64,000 nt of DNA. Source: Amoeboaphelidium protococcarum X5. Its lineage: Eukaryota; Fungi; Aphelidiomycota. The DNA lies in NCBI GenBank assembly GCA_023515725.1, contig JALDTO010000013.1, positions 62,001 through 126,000 on the forward strand, in the 5' to 3' direction. Below the pieces are notes generated by a model. The model saw only the letters and a list, made by a program, of their open reading frames with translations, searched no databases and was not told the origin of the DNA. The position numbers and the translations under genes were made by a program. Positions 39,207 through 52,288 of the stretch are shown here, one piece after another (position 1 is the first letter of the stretch; each line of letters starts with the position of its first letter).

Positions 39207-42200
39207 ATGTTGGTGCAGACAGCTGTGGGGATATTCATATCTATTGTGGCTCTAGTTGCTACTTATCTCTATTTTCAGTATCGAAGATTGCTCAAAAGAT
39301 TCGAGTTGAGTATTGGCTGGTTTGGATGGCTGTCATTGTTCTACGTTGAGCACCGATTGTTCTCGATTTAAACTTTGCAAGTATCTTTTTTGGAGAATTC
39401 AATATCAAGGAAAGGTCCTATAAAGATTATCAAGCTGGTGATATATGATTTGACTGTTAATATCGGAGAGTTTCAATCAGTGTCATAATAGAGGCGTCGT
39501 AATAATGAAAATGTCCCTTTGTCTCCTACATCGACTCGTTCCGCGGAAAGTTCATTGCAATTACTTACTCTGGCACTAAATACTGTTAAGAAGTATGTCT
39601 GGCACTTGATCAAGATTGAAATTGTGAATCTGATACTGGTGGATGGTGATTTGGAGTGTCAGGTATCTCAATTAATGGTGGACCTCACTGAACCGTCCTC
39701 TGTAATTCTTCAATCTACCATTTCTGTCTAAGAAGTTGTTGCCAATCTGAATAACTCTGAGTTGTTTGGGTGCAATTCTGTTAATTTGTAGTTTTCATTA
39801 AAGAATTACAATGATTATGAGCTAGATATTTAGATTGAATAGCCCACAATTTAGTTACCTCTGCTCATTAGTTACAGTAAAAATGTCAAAACACGGAGTG
39901 ACTAAGATACCAAGTAGTAGTTGAATATTCCGCAATGGATCAAGAAATTGTATTTTGCTGTTTCAATGAAGGCCAGTAATGTGAAATTAGTTTTTCAAAA
40001 TGATGTTGAATTATAAATGGAATTATCTACCTCTTTATGCATTGAAAGGAAGTGGGCTAGTTGCAAGTTTATGATTCATGACGTTAGTGCAAAGTAGAGT
40101 GGTCTTATATTTGGTAGTCACACGTCCAGTGAGCTTAAGTTGAATGTTCCTCTTGATGATGCGATTGGAGATGAAAATGCAAAGTTAGATATAAAGGTTG
40201 GTGCTTCCCAGTGTTCTAATTTGGATGCGTTCTTTTTGACTTATGGCGAGACAAAATCCTCATCAATAAATGATAATCAACGTGGAGGCTTTCCTGTGAT
40301 TCCAGTTTTACAGGGTATAAAACTGAAGTGTAATGTAAATGTATTGGAGCAATAGTTTGGTTTTTAGACAGAGTTCTGTTAGTATCCTCTAAGATTAAGA
40401 TTCGGAGGAGTTCGATTATCCTCAGAGTTTGTATATGATGGTGGGGATATCTCCGTTGAAGGAATGCTTAATGTTTTACCACTCTCTGTTGGGTTTTAAG
40501 ATCAGCCTTTGATATCTGTTGGGCGCTGTACTTTTGAATCATTTTTGAGTTAAGACGATGATGGTCCAAAGATTAAAGTTGAAGTGGACGTGTAGGATTT
40601 TAGAGCAAGTTTGATTAGGGATTGTGGTTTTGATGATAAACTGATTGATTCTGTGGCTCTCTATTTAGGCTCCAAGTCAGTAAATGGTATTAATACAAAG
40701 AAGCGCTTTCCTAATGTTATTTCTAGGAGTTTTAATTTAGAAATAGCATGTTATAACTCGAATGTGTTGATGGAAGGCAAAACTTTTTAGACTGTAGTAG
40801 ATATTTAAGTGCCAGTTATGCTTTTTAAATAAATTCACAACTCTCTGGCCGGATCCAGCAATGTTGATGTCCGCGTTGAAGTTATCGAATCTTGTTTGGT
40901 TAAAAGTTCCATGAAGGAACGAATGTTAAGTATTAGGAAATTTAATTTGGTATCGTAAAATGCTGATTCCGATGCTCTTCATAGCTTTAGTGTTCAGAAT
41001 GTTGCTGGTAATTATGGTTTGTTGGAACACATTGTTGTGTATGATATTTATCATTTGCTGGAGCCCTTGTTTTCAGCTTAAAGATCGAACGTCTCATTAG
41101 TATCGCCTTCTGAAGAGGCTACTAAGAATTCACCCAATTTTAAAGTGCTAGTGGATAAACTTGATTTAACTGTGTGGTTGCCTAAAGATGTTAAGCTGTT
41201 TTTGGTGATTGATTCATTCAAGTTTTCATTTGATGGTAAAAAGTTTAGCGGTTAAGGAAATGCCAACTCTGTCAATATACTCACCTCTGATAGGGTGGAT
41301 CTTTTCAAGTTGCAGAGTCTCTGCGCTATTACTTCATAGACTGAGGATTTTAGGCATTTAGTGGAACTTTCTTGTGACTCGGCGTTTTGGTTTTTGCCAT
41401 TCTAATATGACTTTGCTTCATTCGTTGATGGCTGCGCCAACATGAGTAAAAGTATCAAGTAGTTGCATCAGTACTAATCTATCAGCTGTGATTATGAGCC
41501 ATTACTTCCGGAGGCTGCTGAGTTTAGAAAAAGACAATTTTAGTTTATACCGACCGTGGTGTTTTAGTGTAATTTAGTATAGTTGATATTTGAAGATGAT
41601 TGCTTCGACGCTAATCTCCTCAGGATCTTTAAGCTTGGTAGCCACGAGTGTGTTTTGCGACAGTCGCGCGAAAGTGCTTTGGACAGCATTCTGAAGAAGA
41701 GTGATTTTCAGAATGCTACCGATTTTGATAAGTTGCAAAAGCTTCGTCATGAAATGCGTTCTCTAGATTCTTAACTATGGATAGAAAGAGTGCATCGTGA
41801 TAAGGCCACCTCAGACGTTAAAAGTATCCAAGGCAATTTGAAAAATTCTCCTCTGTTCCATGTTGTGCTTATCAATGCGTCTATTCAGATTGATCCACCT
41901 ATTTTACTTGCAGAGACTGTAGAGTAGACATTGCATGAGCTGGATCCAGACACTCCTGCCGACATTGATTACGATCTGGCTCTCGCTGCATAGATTAAAT
42001 TGCAATTTGATCATGCATCTGTGGGGTTACGCGACTTCCCGTGGAAATTGGTTTAGATTGATCGCGTTGCATCAATCTGTGGTCTCGTTGTGATCGCTGA
42101 ATCTGTTCGTGACGCATCCTAGTCCAACCGGAGAATCAATATTCCTGTCCTATTCAGAGATGGCCAACTACTTGGCGATGTGAGTATTATTAGAACAATA

Positions 42201-45200
42201 GCTCCGACAAAGTTTTACTTCTCTTTAGAACTTAATCTTCCCGATAATGATTGCAGTGTCACTTATGGTGTTGGATTGGAGCCTCATTTAGCAGATATGA
42301 ATAAAGTTTTTGCCGGACTTACTCCTACGAGTGTGGATCCTTCACCTCCTCTCCCCTTCTGGGACAAGGTTTGTTTGCTGTTCCATGGAAATATAAGAAT
42401 ACGTGCTTAACAATTGACCAAGTTGGAAGTTAATTTGCTTGGCTAGAGGAACATTCACACTATTGATGAATTTGGTCGAGTTCCGGGATTGAAAATTAGA
42501 GCTGAAAATGGTATCGATGCCGTCATTGGATATGACAGGTCGGAAAATCAGATTGACCAAGACAATAGGAGACCGCCGATATAGATTCGTCTCGGTCGGG
42601 CCAGTGTTGGTATTTTAAATGCATAAGATTATGTTGAGCACACGTTTGCTGCTTTTGAATCTGGGGTGGAATTAGGATTAGAGATTGTGTTCAACACTGA
42701 GTAAGGATCGAATCACTCGTAGATCATTATGCGTCCTCCGGAGCGTGTGGCTGATCTTGAGACTTATGATTCCTTTTGGATGATCCGGTCCAAGTATTTG
42801 TCTATGAATTACTCCCTGTAGGCTCCATTGCTCGCCTCTGCCGCAGCTGGTGGATAAAACTCAATTTTTGTCGATTTAAATCAAGATGTTATCAATAGTC
42901 TGACCGACTTCTCACGCTTGTTCACGTCGATACTTTCTGTTCTGCCGATTAAGAAGGGATCTTTGTTTTAGAGAGATGGTATGGTGGTACCGAAAAGTCA
43001 GAAACTCTCCAGATATATTCAAGACATTAACATTGCTAGCAGCTTGAAGAATATTTTAGGTACTTATAAGAACAGAAGTGAGAGTGTATCTGTTGGTGTA
43101 AGTGGCAGAATTGGCGGTATTAATTCAACCTTCTCTTTGTAATAGTAGAACTTTACACCTGGCAACAGAGGTGCTGGTTGGGATTTGATCTCTGCTGATT
43201 TTGACTTGAACAGTTTTACTGCATGTGCTCTGTCGCAAATGTACTTGGATTAATCGATCGCTCCTTAGACTATAGTCTTTGTTGATGAAGTGCTTTAAGA
43301 TAACAGTGACTGGTTGAACATTGATGCATCTGATGCTTAACAATCTTCTATTATAAGGCTGTACAGTCTGCTTGAAGCCCCAAGAGTTATATACTTCCGG
43401 CAAGGATAAGAGAAGTAGTACGAGTTTGCGTATGCTCTCGATTTCCAAGCCCCTGATAAGGACGTGCATTAGATATAGGCCAATCTTCTCACCCAGAGAA
43501 TTGAGTAGTTAAAGTAAATGATAGAGCAAGATAAGTTGAATCTAAAGCAATGGGAGTAAAGGATGACTCTGTATTTTGATGACAATCTAAAAGCTAGATC
43601 TTAGGCCTTGGTGGATAAAATTGCGAATTCCTATGAGAAGCTTAAAGTTGTTCAAGATGCTTTAGAGTAGCAGACCAAGAAGATGTTCAGCCTCACTGCT
43701 GTTAAAAGCAGTTCGCAAGTGCGATTACCTTCTTCATAGATGAAAGGTGTGAAAGGACACAGGAAATTACTGCAGTCGTTGTCTATAGCTAGATAAAGAC
43801 GAAGCTCAGTTAATTCAATGAATTCTAATGCCAGTGCTGCAGGTGAAGACAACTTTAAGCATCATTTCATTATTCACAGCCTTAAAGTCAATTGGAATTT
43901 AACTTTGCGTGATATAATGTTCAAGTTTGGTGATTTAGAGGCTTAATAAACTGCTATGCGATACTACTGCTCGTCATTCGCTCTAGCAGATATCAATGAA
44001 CGAATTTCTTCCTTCGCACATGCTATGCTGTTAAGTAGTCAGAATACAAGTCAGAGTTCTCTTGATTATGCGGAATAAGACGATAATTTGCCTTTGGATC
44101 ATAAAGTTCGTGATGATGTTGCTACTAAGCTTCTCTCTCTTCTGGTCCAGGAGTCGAACACGAAGTTGGTAGTGGCTGAGAAGGAGCCATCGCCTGAATC
44201 CAAGCAGACTAACGTAGATCCGAATGATCCTTTGTATATATCGCCCATCTTTAAGAAGAAGTCTGATATGATTATTTAGTGTTTTTATCCATAGTTTAGA
44301 TTCAAGACTTCTGATAGTCATACTGATGATGGATTTGTGATTGTAACGGCTGAATATGCTGATATGAAGGGGTTCTAGATCTTGGATAAAACTGTTGCTC
44401 ATCAGGATGAATCTGTCAAACTGGCAAAGTATAGGCGTATTGTCGGTATTGGTAAAGCACAGTTCTTTTCTGCCTTTCACCAGGAGCTGTCTGATTTGAT
44501 TTTGCGCAGAGGGGATCAATTTGATGCTAACAAAGTGTGGCTCCCGATAGAGAGTATGATTGATCTTCAGGTTGAGTCTCAGGGAATCACGCGCTTTGTA
44601 TCTGGCTCAAGATTTAGTGTATAGATTGACTCTTGCAATCCCCTCTATATCAGGAAGAATTTTGATCGAGATGTGAGCGCCAACAGATTGGAAAGTTCTG
44701 AGAATCCGTTTGAGCTTGAGCATGCCAATACTGTCTTTGTTAATCTGCCAAAAATTGAGCTATTTGCTTCATCCAAGTAGTACCTCTGCACCTATGACAT
44801 TGTTACTAACGTTTTGATATACAATGATCCTGAGAGAAAAGACCGTATCGAGTAGATATATTCCCTTACTCTGGCTTTGACGAAGGAAGATTTATCGGAC
44901 GCAACTCACATGCTGGCAGACATTTAGTATTAGTTACAGACGGTATAGGAAGCTCTGAATTGGGAAAACTATAGCTGGGCACCTGATATCTCTGACGAAA
45001 TGCTAAACTAACTCTTGACTTAGCGATCGATGCTTCATTAGAAGCTCATGATTTACATGGAAGCCATTCGACGTGTTGCATTCTAACGCAAAGTCAAGAC
45101 TGGTATTAAGAAGAGCTCTAGACTTTTGGTAAAATCTGATGATTTTCAGTGGGTGGCAAAGAGAGATAGTGGGCAGAATTTGTTCAAGATTGCCTTTGAG

Positions 45201-46292
45201 AACTTTCAGTATATGAGCACTGGATATGAGGATCAGTCTCATATCAACACTGGTGAAGTCGATAGACTTTCTGTTGATAATCTTCTGCCGAACCAATTCT
45301 ACGCTAATACCTTGTCTTTCTATAATCCTTAAAATAGAAAGCTCGATTTCTCTCGTCATAAAATGCTACGTGTCTATTGGCGAGAATTGCCTGCAGTGGC
45401 TGGTATAGCTGTTGTTGATCATTTTGAAGTTAATATATTCCCACTGTAGTTGAGTATGACTTATGAGATTGGAAGAGCTCTTGTGGAATACTTTTATCCT
45501 AAAAAGTAGAAATCTGTAGACTCGGCCGAGTAGTCGACTATTGGCAATATTCCATAATCCACATCGAGTTCTAATTTGTCCGCCACTTTGGCCACTATAC
45601 AAGACTAGACTACTCCTCTTGCTGGTAATGCTAAGCCTGTTCCTGCTTCAATCCTCAAATCTCCTTTTGGTAGTCCGAGAGTTGGTCGTACACCTCAAAG
45701 GTCGCGTTCAAACACTATGAAGTCTTAACCATCTATATAGTAGTAGCAGTAATAGTAGTAGTCTGGCAGTGGAGTTTTGCTGCAAGTACAAGCTTAATTG
45801 AATAATAAGTTTTCTGATAATGCTTTGATGGAGCTTGAATCGGTCTTGTCGGACCAGATTGAAGAGGAAACACCTGATAAAAAGTCAACGGAGAAGTTTC
45901 GCAAGAGATTGCTCAAGAAGTTGATTCCGCTGTCTGTATCAAAGAATGCACATGTACTTACTATTGATAAAGATATCAAGGCTATGAAAGATCGTGCTTC
46001 CGTCATCAAGAGTTTTGTGTACATTAAAGTTCCGTCATCTGTCCACTGCATAAGTTACCACGGAGAAAAGGAGAAGAACATTGAGGATCTGGACAAGTTT
46101 GTCTTAAAGTTGCCCACTTTGGAGTACCACAACAGGACGTGGACTTGGTTAGAGTTTATGATGACCGTGCGGAAAGATGTGATTCTCACTGTAGTCAGTC
46201 ACACTGGGTCCCTGGTGCGTGAGAAGTTGACCATAAAGCGCAAGAGTGAGAAGAAGGAAGTCTCTGGTTAGTCTACCTCTCATTAATCATGA
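39207..46292 (+). CDS. FMP27: Bridge-like lipid transfer protein Fmp27/BLTP2 (Hobbit)
   Basis: 2362-codon single frame; N-terminal TM; DPSPPLPFWDK, HFEVNIFPL, AMKDRAS, CISYHG, LPTLEYHNRTWTWLEF. Confidence 0.9.
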
Positions 46293-46552
46293 TTATCTGT
46301 TTGCATATGTATTGAATTTGTTTCATAAATATTTTATTAGTATTTTTGACTCAGACAACGTTGATTTTAAGCTGGAATCTATCATCCCCCAACTTGATCA
46401 TTAAACGGCAAGTTGAAGTTTCTTCACGACTTTTCTGCCGATCTGCCGTTCCTTTCGTTGAAAGAGCGTCTGAGTGCTCTAAAATTCATTTATACTTTCC
46501 ATCAATTTTGAAGACTTGACTGTGGACCAAGACATTACAAATATATATAGAT

Positions 46553-48668
46553 ATGATGGTGAGCTCTGAACCACAGTTGCAACATTCATACAGAAAAAGC
46601 TCTGCGGAAAAGTCAAGGTATGGCTTGCAATACAATTGCCAAGATCAACTAATTTTCAATGACCCTTAATAATATTTTATGTTGTAGAGATTCTGATTTA
46701 TTGGATGGAGATAGTCTTATGGAGATGGCCTCATTAGAGGATGCCGCTAATACACACGTTCATGCTGGTAGTCTTAATAATAGTTTCAGCACTGGAGATC
46801 TTAACATGTCTCACCGAAGAGTTCACTTTCATCACGATCCTAATATTAACACTAATATATCCAGGCAGTCATCAGTGCCCAGATTAACGACAGATAAAGT
46901 TGTTAGTATCCACAATCTTGATGATAATAATAACCATAATAATAATAGTAATAACGATGCTGATAGATAATTTAAAAATGGTTCATCTTAGCATCGGCCG
47001 TTACAGTATCAGATTCCTCTATAGTAATCATAATAGTAGTTGAAGCAATCTAAGGCGTATGTGTGGAAGGTGATTGATTTCATAGATCGATGGGGATTTA
47101 TAAGGGAGATTTTGTAACCAGATTCTGTACAGCTTATCGTTCTCTGCCTACTCTGGTATGGAAGTAGCGCGATGACTAATAATATCGCCAAGTAGATCTT
47201 TCAACTGGTTAAATGTCCAGTAACTCTGACTTATGTCTAATTCGGATTCAACGCTGTATTCTGCTTCATCTTTGGATACTTTTCTAATGTGGTTGACCGT
47301 GCTGTGAATGTCGCTGCTGGCAAGTCGCCACTCATAGGATCAGCGAGTGATACATTTTCAGATCATGGTAAGGCTTCTTCTTGGTAGTAGTAGATATTCA
47401 CCTCTGGTTGGAACATTCGAAAGTTTATGCCATCCATTCGTCTTATTCCATTTCCCTTTTTGAGGAGGATATTTAGAATATTATTTGTTATAATCGGCTG
47501 GGTGTTATCACGATTAGTAGACATTATACATTACTTTGGGAAGCTGCTTCGATTTTGGATTGCACTTGGTCTGGGTATACATGAAGATGAGTATATGGCT
47601 GCCGGTGGTGGTGTTAGTAACACAGTTTAGCATTACGGAGATAGGCTGCATAAAACTCACGTTCTCAAGCCATCAATGTCTATTATTCGAACAATGGCTC
47701 CACTCAGTGTATTTCTTATTAGCGGTCATGTATTCAGCAGTATTGCTTTGAGTAATGTTCCTGTAAGCTTTGTGCACACTATCAAGGCGTTATCGCCTCT
47801 ATTTACAGTGCTGATATTTAGATTCGTGTGGAAGACGCGGTACTAGACATCTATTTATGTCTCATTAGTACCTCTGACATTGGGTGTGATGCTCGCTTGT
47901 TCATCCGAGATATCCTTCAACATGGTTGGTCTTCTCTGTGCGCTCGCTTCAACTTTGATATTTGTATGCCAGAATATATTCTCAAAGAAGCTGTTTAAAG
48001 AGAGAACATTGGACAAATTGAATATGCTCCTGTACTCAAACTCGTTATCATTCATATTCATGTGTCCGGTATGGTTCTGGTCCGAGGGTCATGGGTGGTT
48101 TGTTAAATCCGATGTGGTGCCAGATCTTCATGCGGCATAATCGGGCGCTGATTGGAGCATGTACACTGTCTCCTCTCTCTTCATTCTCAATGGCCTCAGT
48201 CATTTCATGTAGAACGTGTTCGCCTTCTCCATCCTGTCTCTGGTCAGTCCTGTCACGTACAGTATAGCGTCGCTGATCAAACGAATTGTGGTGATTGTGG
48301 CCAGTATATTGTGGTTTGGCTAGCATGTGGAGAATATGTAAATATGTGGTATTGTACTCACTTTTGTAGGATTATGGATGTACTAGCACGTTAAACATAA
48401 TATGCACGCCTCTCCTAGTGCTAGTTCTGTTAACAACTCATAATCGCGACATGCTGGTATCAATGTAGAGCCGCGTAATGAAGATGAAGCGTTGAGATCA
48501 TCACGCGCGTTCTAACAGTAACAACAACAGCAGACGCGACCGTTTATGAATGGTCAATAATCACCGTCCAATCTATAGCTACACGGTGTCAAATCGCTGA
48601 TTGATGGATCGCACAAAGCTTATCATAAAAACTCGGATGCTGAAATGATTGTGATGTACAAGGACTGA
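46553..48668 (+). CDS. TPT-family (SLC35E1/Sly41-like) transporter
   Basis: LCLLWY, PVTLT, VPVSFVHTIKALSPLF, QNIFSKK, LDKLNML, VSPVTYSIASLIKRI; intron 46618-46687; 682 codons. Confidence 0.9.
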
Positions 48669-49155
48669 CTGATTATATATAGAGATTACACTAAAAGATT
48701 CACCTGTAAGTAGACGCCTATTTTACTGTATCTCTTCTTCATCCAGTCAACAGGCATACTATTTCCGGAAGGGGCAGGGGGAGACTTTCCCGTTTCAGAC
48801 AGAGCGCGTTCAGGTAAAACGATGATAAAGCCTCGCTAAAGACACACGTGATGTTCTAGACCGTGTGAAAATACCCCTCTTGCATATTCACACTTTCTCA
48901 TACACTAACGATCTCATCTTTATCGACGCCATCTACCCTTACATAGTCAATTAGGTAGGCAAGTGTTAGTCATCCATCTACTTTGAATTTCACGCCTCCC
49001 TTGCTGTAGTCATACACGGATTGCTCACCCCCACTCGACTCGACTACTCTGATCGCGATCATCATCTGGAGAAGATCTTATCCATATCTACTTATCTTCT
49101 GATTCCTAATTTATTCAAGTGGTACACTATTGCTCACCTTGGTTGTCTGTTCGTA

Positions 49156-50845
49156 ATGGTTTAGTATTTTGGTAAAGTTTTGGTTCTTCAACTACTCTGT
49201 CAGTAGTCTCTGGCTGAACAGGTTTAACATGCGTTCTCTGATCATCATGCATTGGATGTGGTGTCTAGCGATGGTATTGCCAAGTCCTTGTAGCCTGATG
49301 GCAACATCAACCTTGACTTTCCTACTGGAGGTAAAGACTGGCGTTCTCGCTCTATTTATCAAGTTTTGACTGACAGGTGAGTTCTGTAGTTATTGATTGG
49401 TGTTATCATCTCTTGCAACCCTGTAACGGCAACATATTGAAGTTTGTAGATTCGCTCCAACTCATCAGTCTGATTCTAGATGTCACAATCTGATGGAGTA
49501 CTGCGGTGGTACTTTTGATGGTTTGAGGAAGAATCTGGATCACATTGAGGCTATGGGCTTCAATGCCATTTGGATCTCTCCTATTGTGAAGAGTAAGTAT
49601 TATTAATCTTATTATTGATACAATATTTTGACTTGTCTGGACGTGTAGATACCGCTGGAGGATATCATGGTTATTACGCTCAAGATTTCTACTCTTTGAA
49701 TCGCCATTTTGGTACGGCGAAAGACTTGAAGAGATTGGTGAAGGAGTGTCATAAACGCGATATCTGGGTCATGCTGGATGTTGTGGCTAATCATGTTGGT
49801 GGCCGGGTTGGTTTCAATGAGATTAATCCGTTTAATAGCTCTTCTCAGTACCACGACTTTTGTCTGATTAAGAATTATGACTCAGGCAGAAGTGGAGAAC
49901 TGTAGAATTGGATCTGCCGAGTCTAGTTTGCCAGATTTGAATACTGAGAATCCACAGGTTGCTTAGGAACTGAGCAGATGGATCAAGTGGATTGTGAAGG
50001 AGTATGACTTTGACGGAATCCGTATTGATACTGTTAAGCACGTCAGAAAAGAGTTTTGGCCTGACTTCGTGCGCAGCTCTGGCGTCTTCTCTTTCGGTGA
50101 AGTGTTACATGGAGATCCTGCATACGTTGGTCCGTATCAGCAATACTTGCACTCTCTTCTCAACTTTCCACTGTATTTCACCTTGCTGGACGTGTTCTAG
50201 AAGCGTTAATCAATGTGGGCTTTGGAAACTCGCTGGAATCAGTTGAGCAGTAGCTTCAAAGATGTTAGTGTACTAGGCAGTTTCATCGACAATCATGATT
50301 TCGCTAGATTCATGCATACCACCAATGATGAGGCTTCTATCTAGAATGCTCTTGCGTATATGATGATCTGTGCCGGTATTCCTATAGTGTATCAAGGTAC
50401 TGAGTATTTGTACAATGGCGGTGATGATCCAAAGAATAGGGAGTCCATGTGGCCTGATATCTATCATCGCAAGCAACCTCAGTTAGGACAGTTCTTTAAG
50501 AGAATTAATCTGGCTAGAAAGATTGCCGGCAAGAGCTTCTTCTAGTCTATGCATTAGCATTTGTGGACTAACGATGATTTCCATGTCTTGCAGAGAAATG
50601 GTGTTATACTCTGTGTTACTAACGGCGGCAATGGCTTTTAATTGAACCGCGATATTCTGATTCCAATGAAGCATGACTACGTTAATGTATTGGATCAGTC
50701 TGGAAATGATGTTTTGCGCTTTAAAGATCATCAGTAGGATGGAAAACATGTTGCGCTGGTGGAATTGCGCAATGGACGTCCAAAGTTGTACGTGTCTCGC
50801 GATCTGATTCGTTAAACCAACTCTTGGGAGCAGTTCTTTGACTGA
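49156..50845 (+). CDS. Secreted GH13 alpha-amylase (frameshift at about 49882)
   Basis: DWRSRSIYQVLTDRF, MGFNAIWISP, YHGYY, DVVANH, DGIRIDTVKH, FGEV, FIDNHD; introns 49377-49449 and 49593-49648. Confidence 0.92.
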
Positions 50846-51142
50846 TTTATAGTTTTAAGGTGGCTGAGTCTCGCGATTTAAAGTGTATAACATTATAATT
50901 GTATACTACTATTTACTTCTGATTAATCTTCTTATTGGTTCGTTGAAGTAAAATTCTTGTTAGCATCTAGAGAGATTGTATCAAAAGTGCGATAACTAAA
51001 ACCTTTTCTATTAACAATAAGAGTTCAACTAAAAGTAAAAGTGTGGAGAAACATCAACTAACTAGTTTATTTAGTTTCAGCATCACTTAAATTATGTGAA
51101 TTATACTCAAACGCACGTGTACTCCTACTCATTGAGTCAGGA

Positions 51143-51469
51143 TCACACCTTTATCTACTTTTCTAGTATTCTGCGAGAAATAACAGGACTGACCACATTG
51201 CTGCTATGGGGCGACGCATACATCCATTCATTAGGATGACTCTCAATTTAGGCCAATACCCAAAGCCATGCGGCCACCAAAGTGTAGGGATCGCGCTGAG
51301 AGCATCTCACCGCAGGTGAAATCTCCAGCACGGAGCATCCCTCCTTCTCTGGATCTTCTACCTTCCTTTAGATAACAGTTAAGTTGAATGTAGTCAAAAC
51401 ACCATAACGGTGTCGATTCAGCGTCAGATTTGCGTAGATCTACTCAACTGCGCGAATGAATTTGCCTTT
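51143..51469 (-). pseudogene. Degenerate fragment of a Crinkler-like/REase-type domain
   Basis: ATG-less frame bounded by TGA: RAVE(Q)IYANLTLNRHRYGVLTTF..LEISP..PYTLVAAWLWVL. Confidence 0.4.
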
Positions 51470-52288
51470 TCAATCATATCCAAGGTGTCGCCTTCTTTCC
51501 CCATTTGGGTAGATTGCAGAAGTCGTTCTGCAAGGTGATAGAAGATGTAGAAGCAATATTATTGTATTCTTTCAACAATTCACGGTATTAGCATGATCTA
51601 TCACTCTTTACGGTTATAAAAGAGAAATGATATGTCGCGTTATGCGCGTATTTGTATCAGATATGACTCAAACGTTAACAACAACACGTCAATGCCACGT
51701 CACAACAAGATGGCCACCTATCCAATCTTATTTGCAGAAGGAAACATCACATTTACAATGGACGTGTAAAGCATGCAGAACATTCACATCATATTTGAAC
51801 GAATTAACGCATTATTGGAAGTGACAGCCTCTAAATTCTAAAACGCGTCTCCATATCCTCAGTGATCTCTTCGAGTAAATCATCGACAGAATCTCCCAAT
51901 CCTGCACCAAGTAACATCTAATCTTTACTTTACTCTTCACAATTCACAATATATAGACTAAATTTTGTATAGATCTGCTCTGAGGTCGATGTTTGGAAGA
52001 GATAAAAGTAGAAGCCTCTGTACAACTCTCAAGTAATCTCACATGGATAACTTCAAACCTTTGTAAATTGAGTATCAAGAGATCGTTGAAACAACGCGCG
52101 TCATGTCTCGTGTCACACAAAGTAAAAACTCAAGATCGATCTTTCGCTGTAGCTCATTACCGTCTAAGTGGCTGTTTGAGTGGATTCTCAGTGCGTTCTT
52201 ATCGCTGAGGTACTACTAGGCATTGCAGTCTTTATAATCTCTTGACTCTAGGTGTAAAGTCTAATCTCTTCAAAGCGTTTTTGAAGCG

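Noticed and set aside
48778-48791. NF-kB-like GGGGAGACTTTCCC
   Set aside because: Single imperfect match with no supporting context
49892-49905. 14-nt GT..TGTAG as an intron repairing the amylase
   Set aside because: Gives the wrong frame and removes the conserved VENC segment
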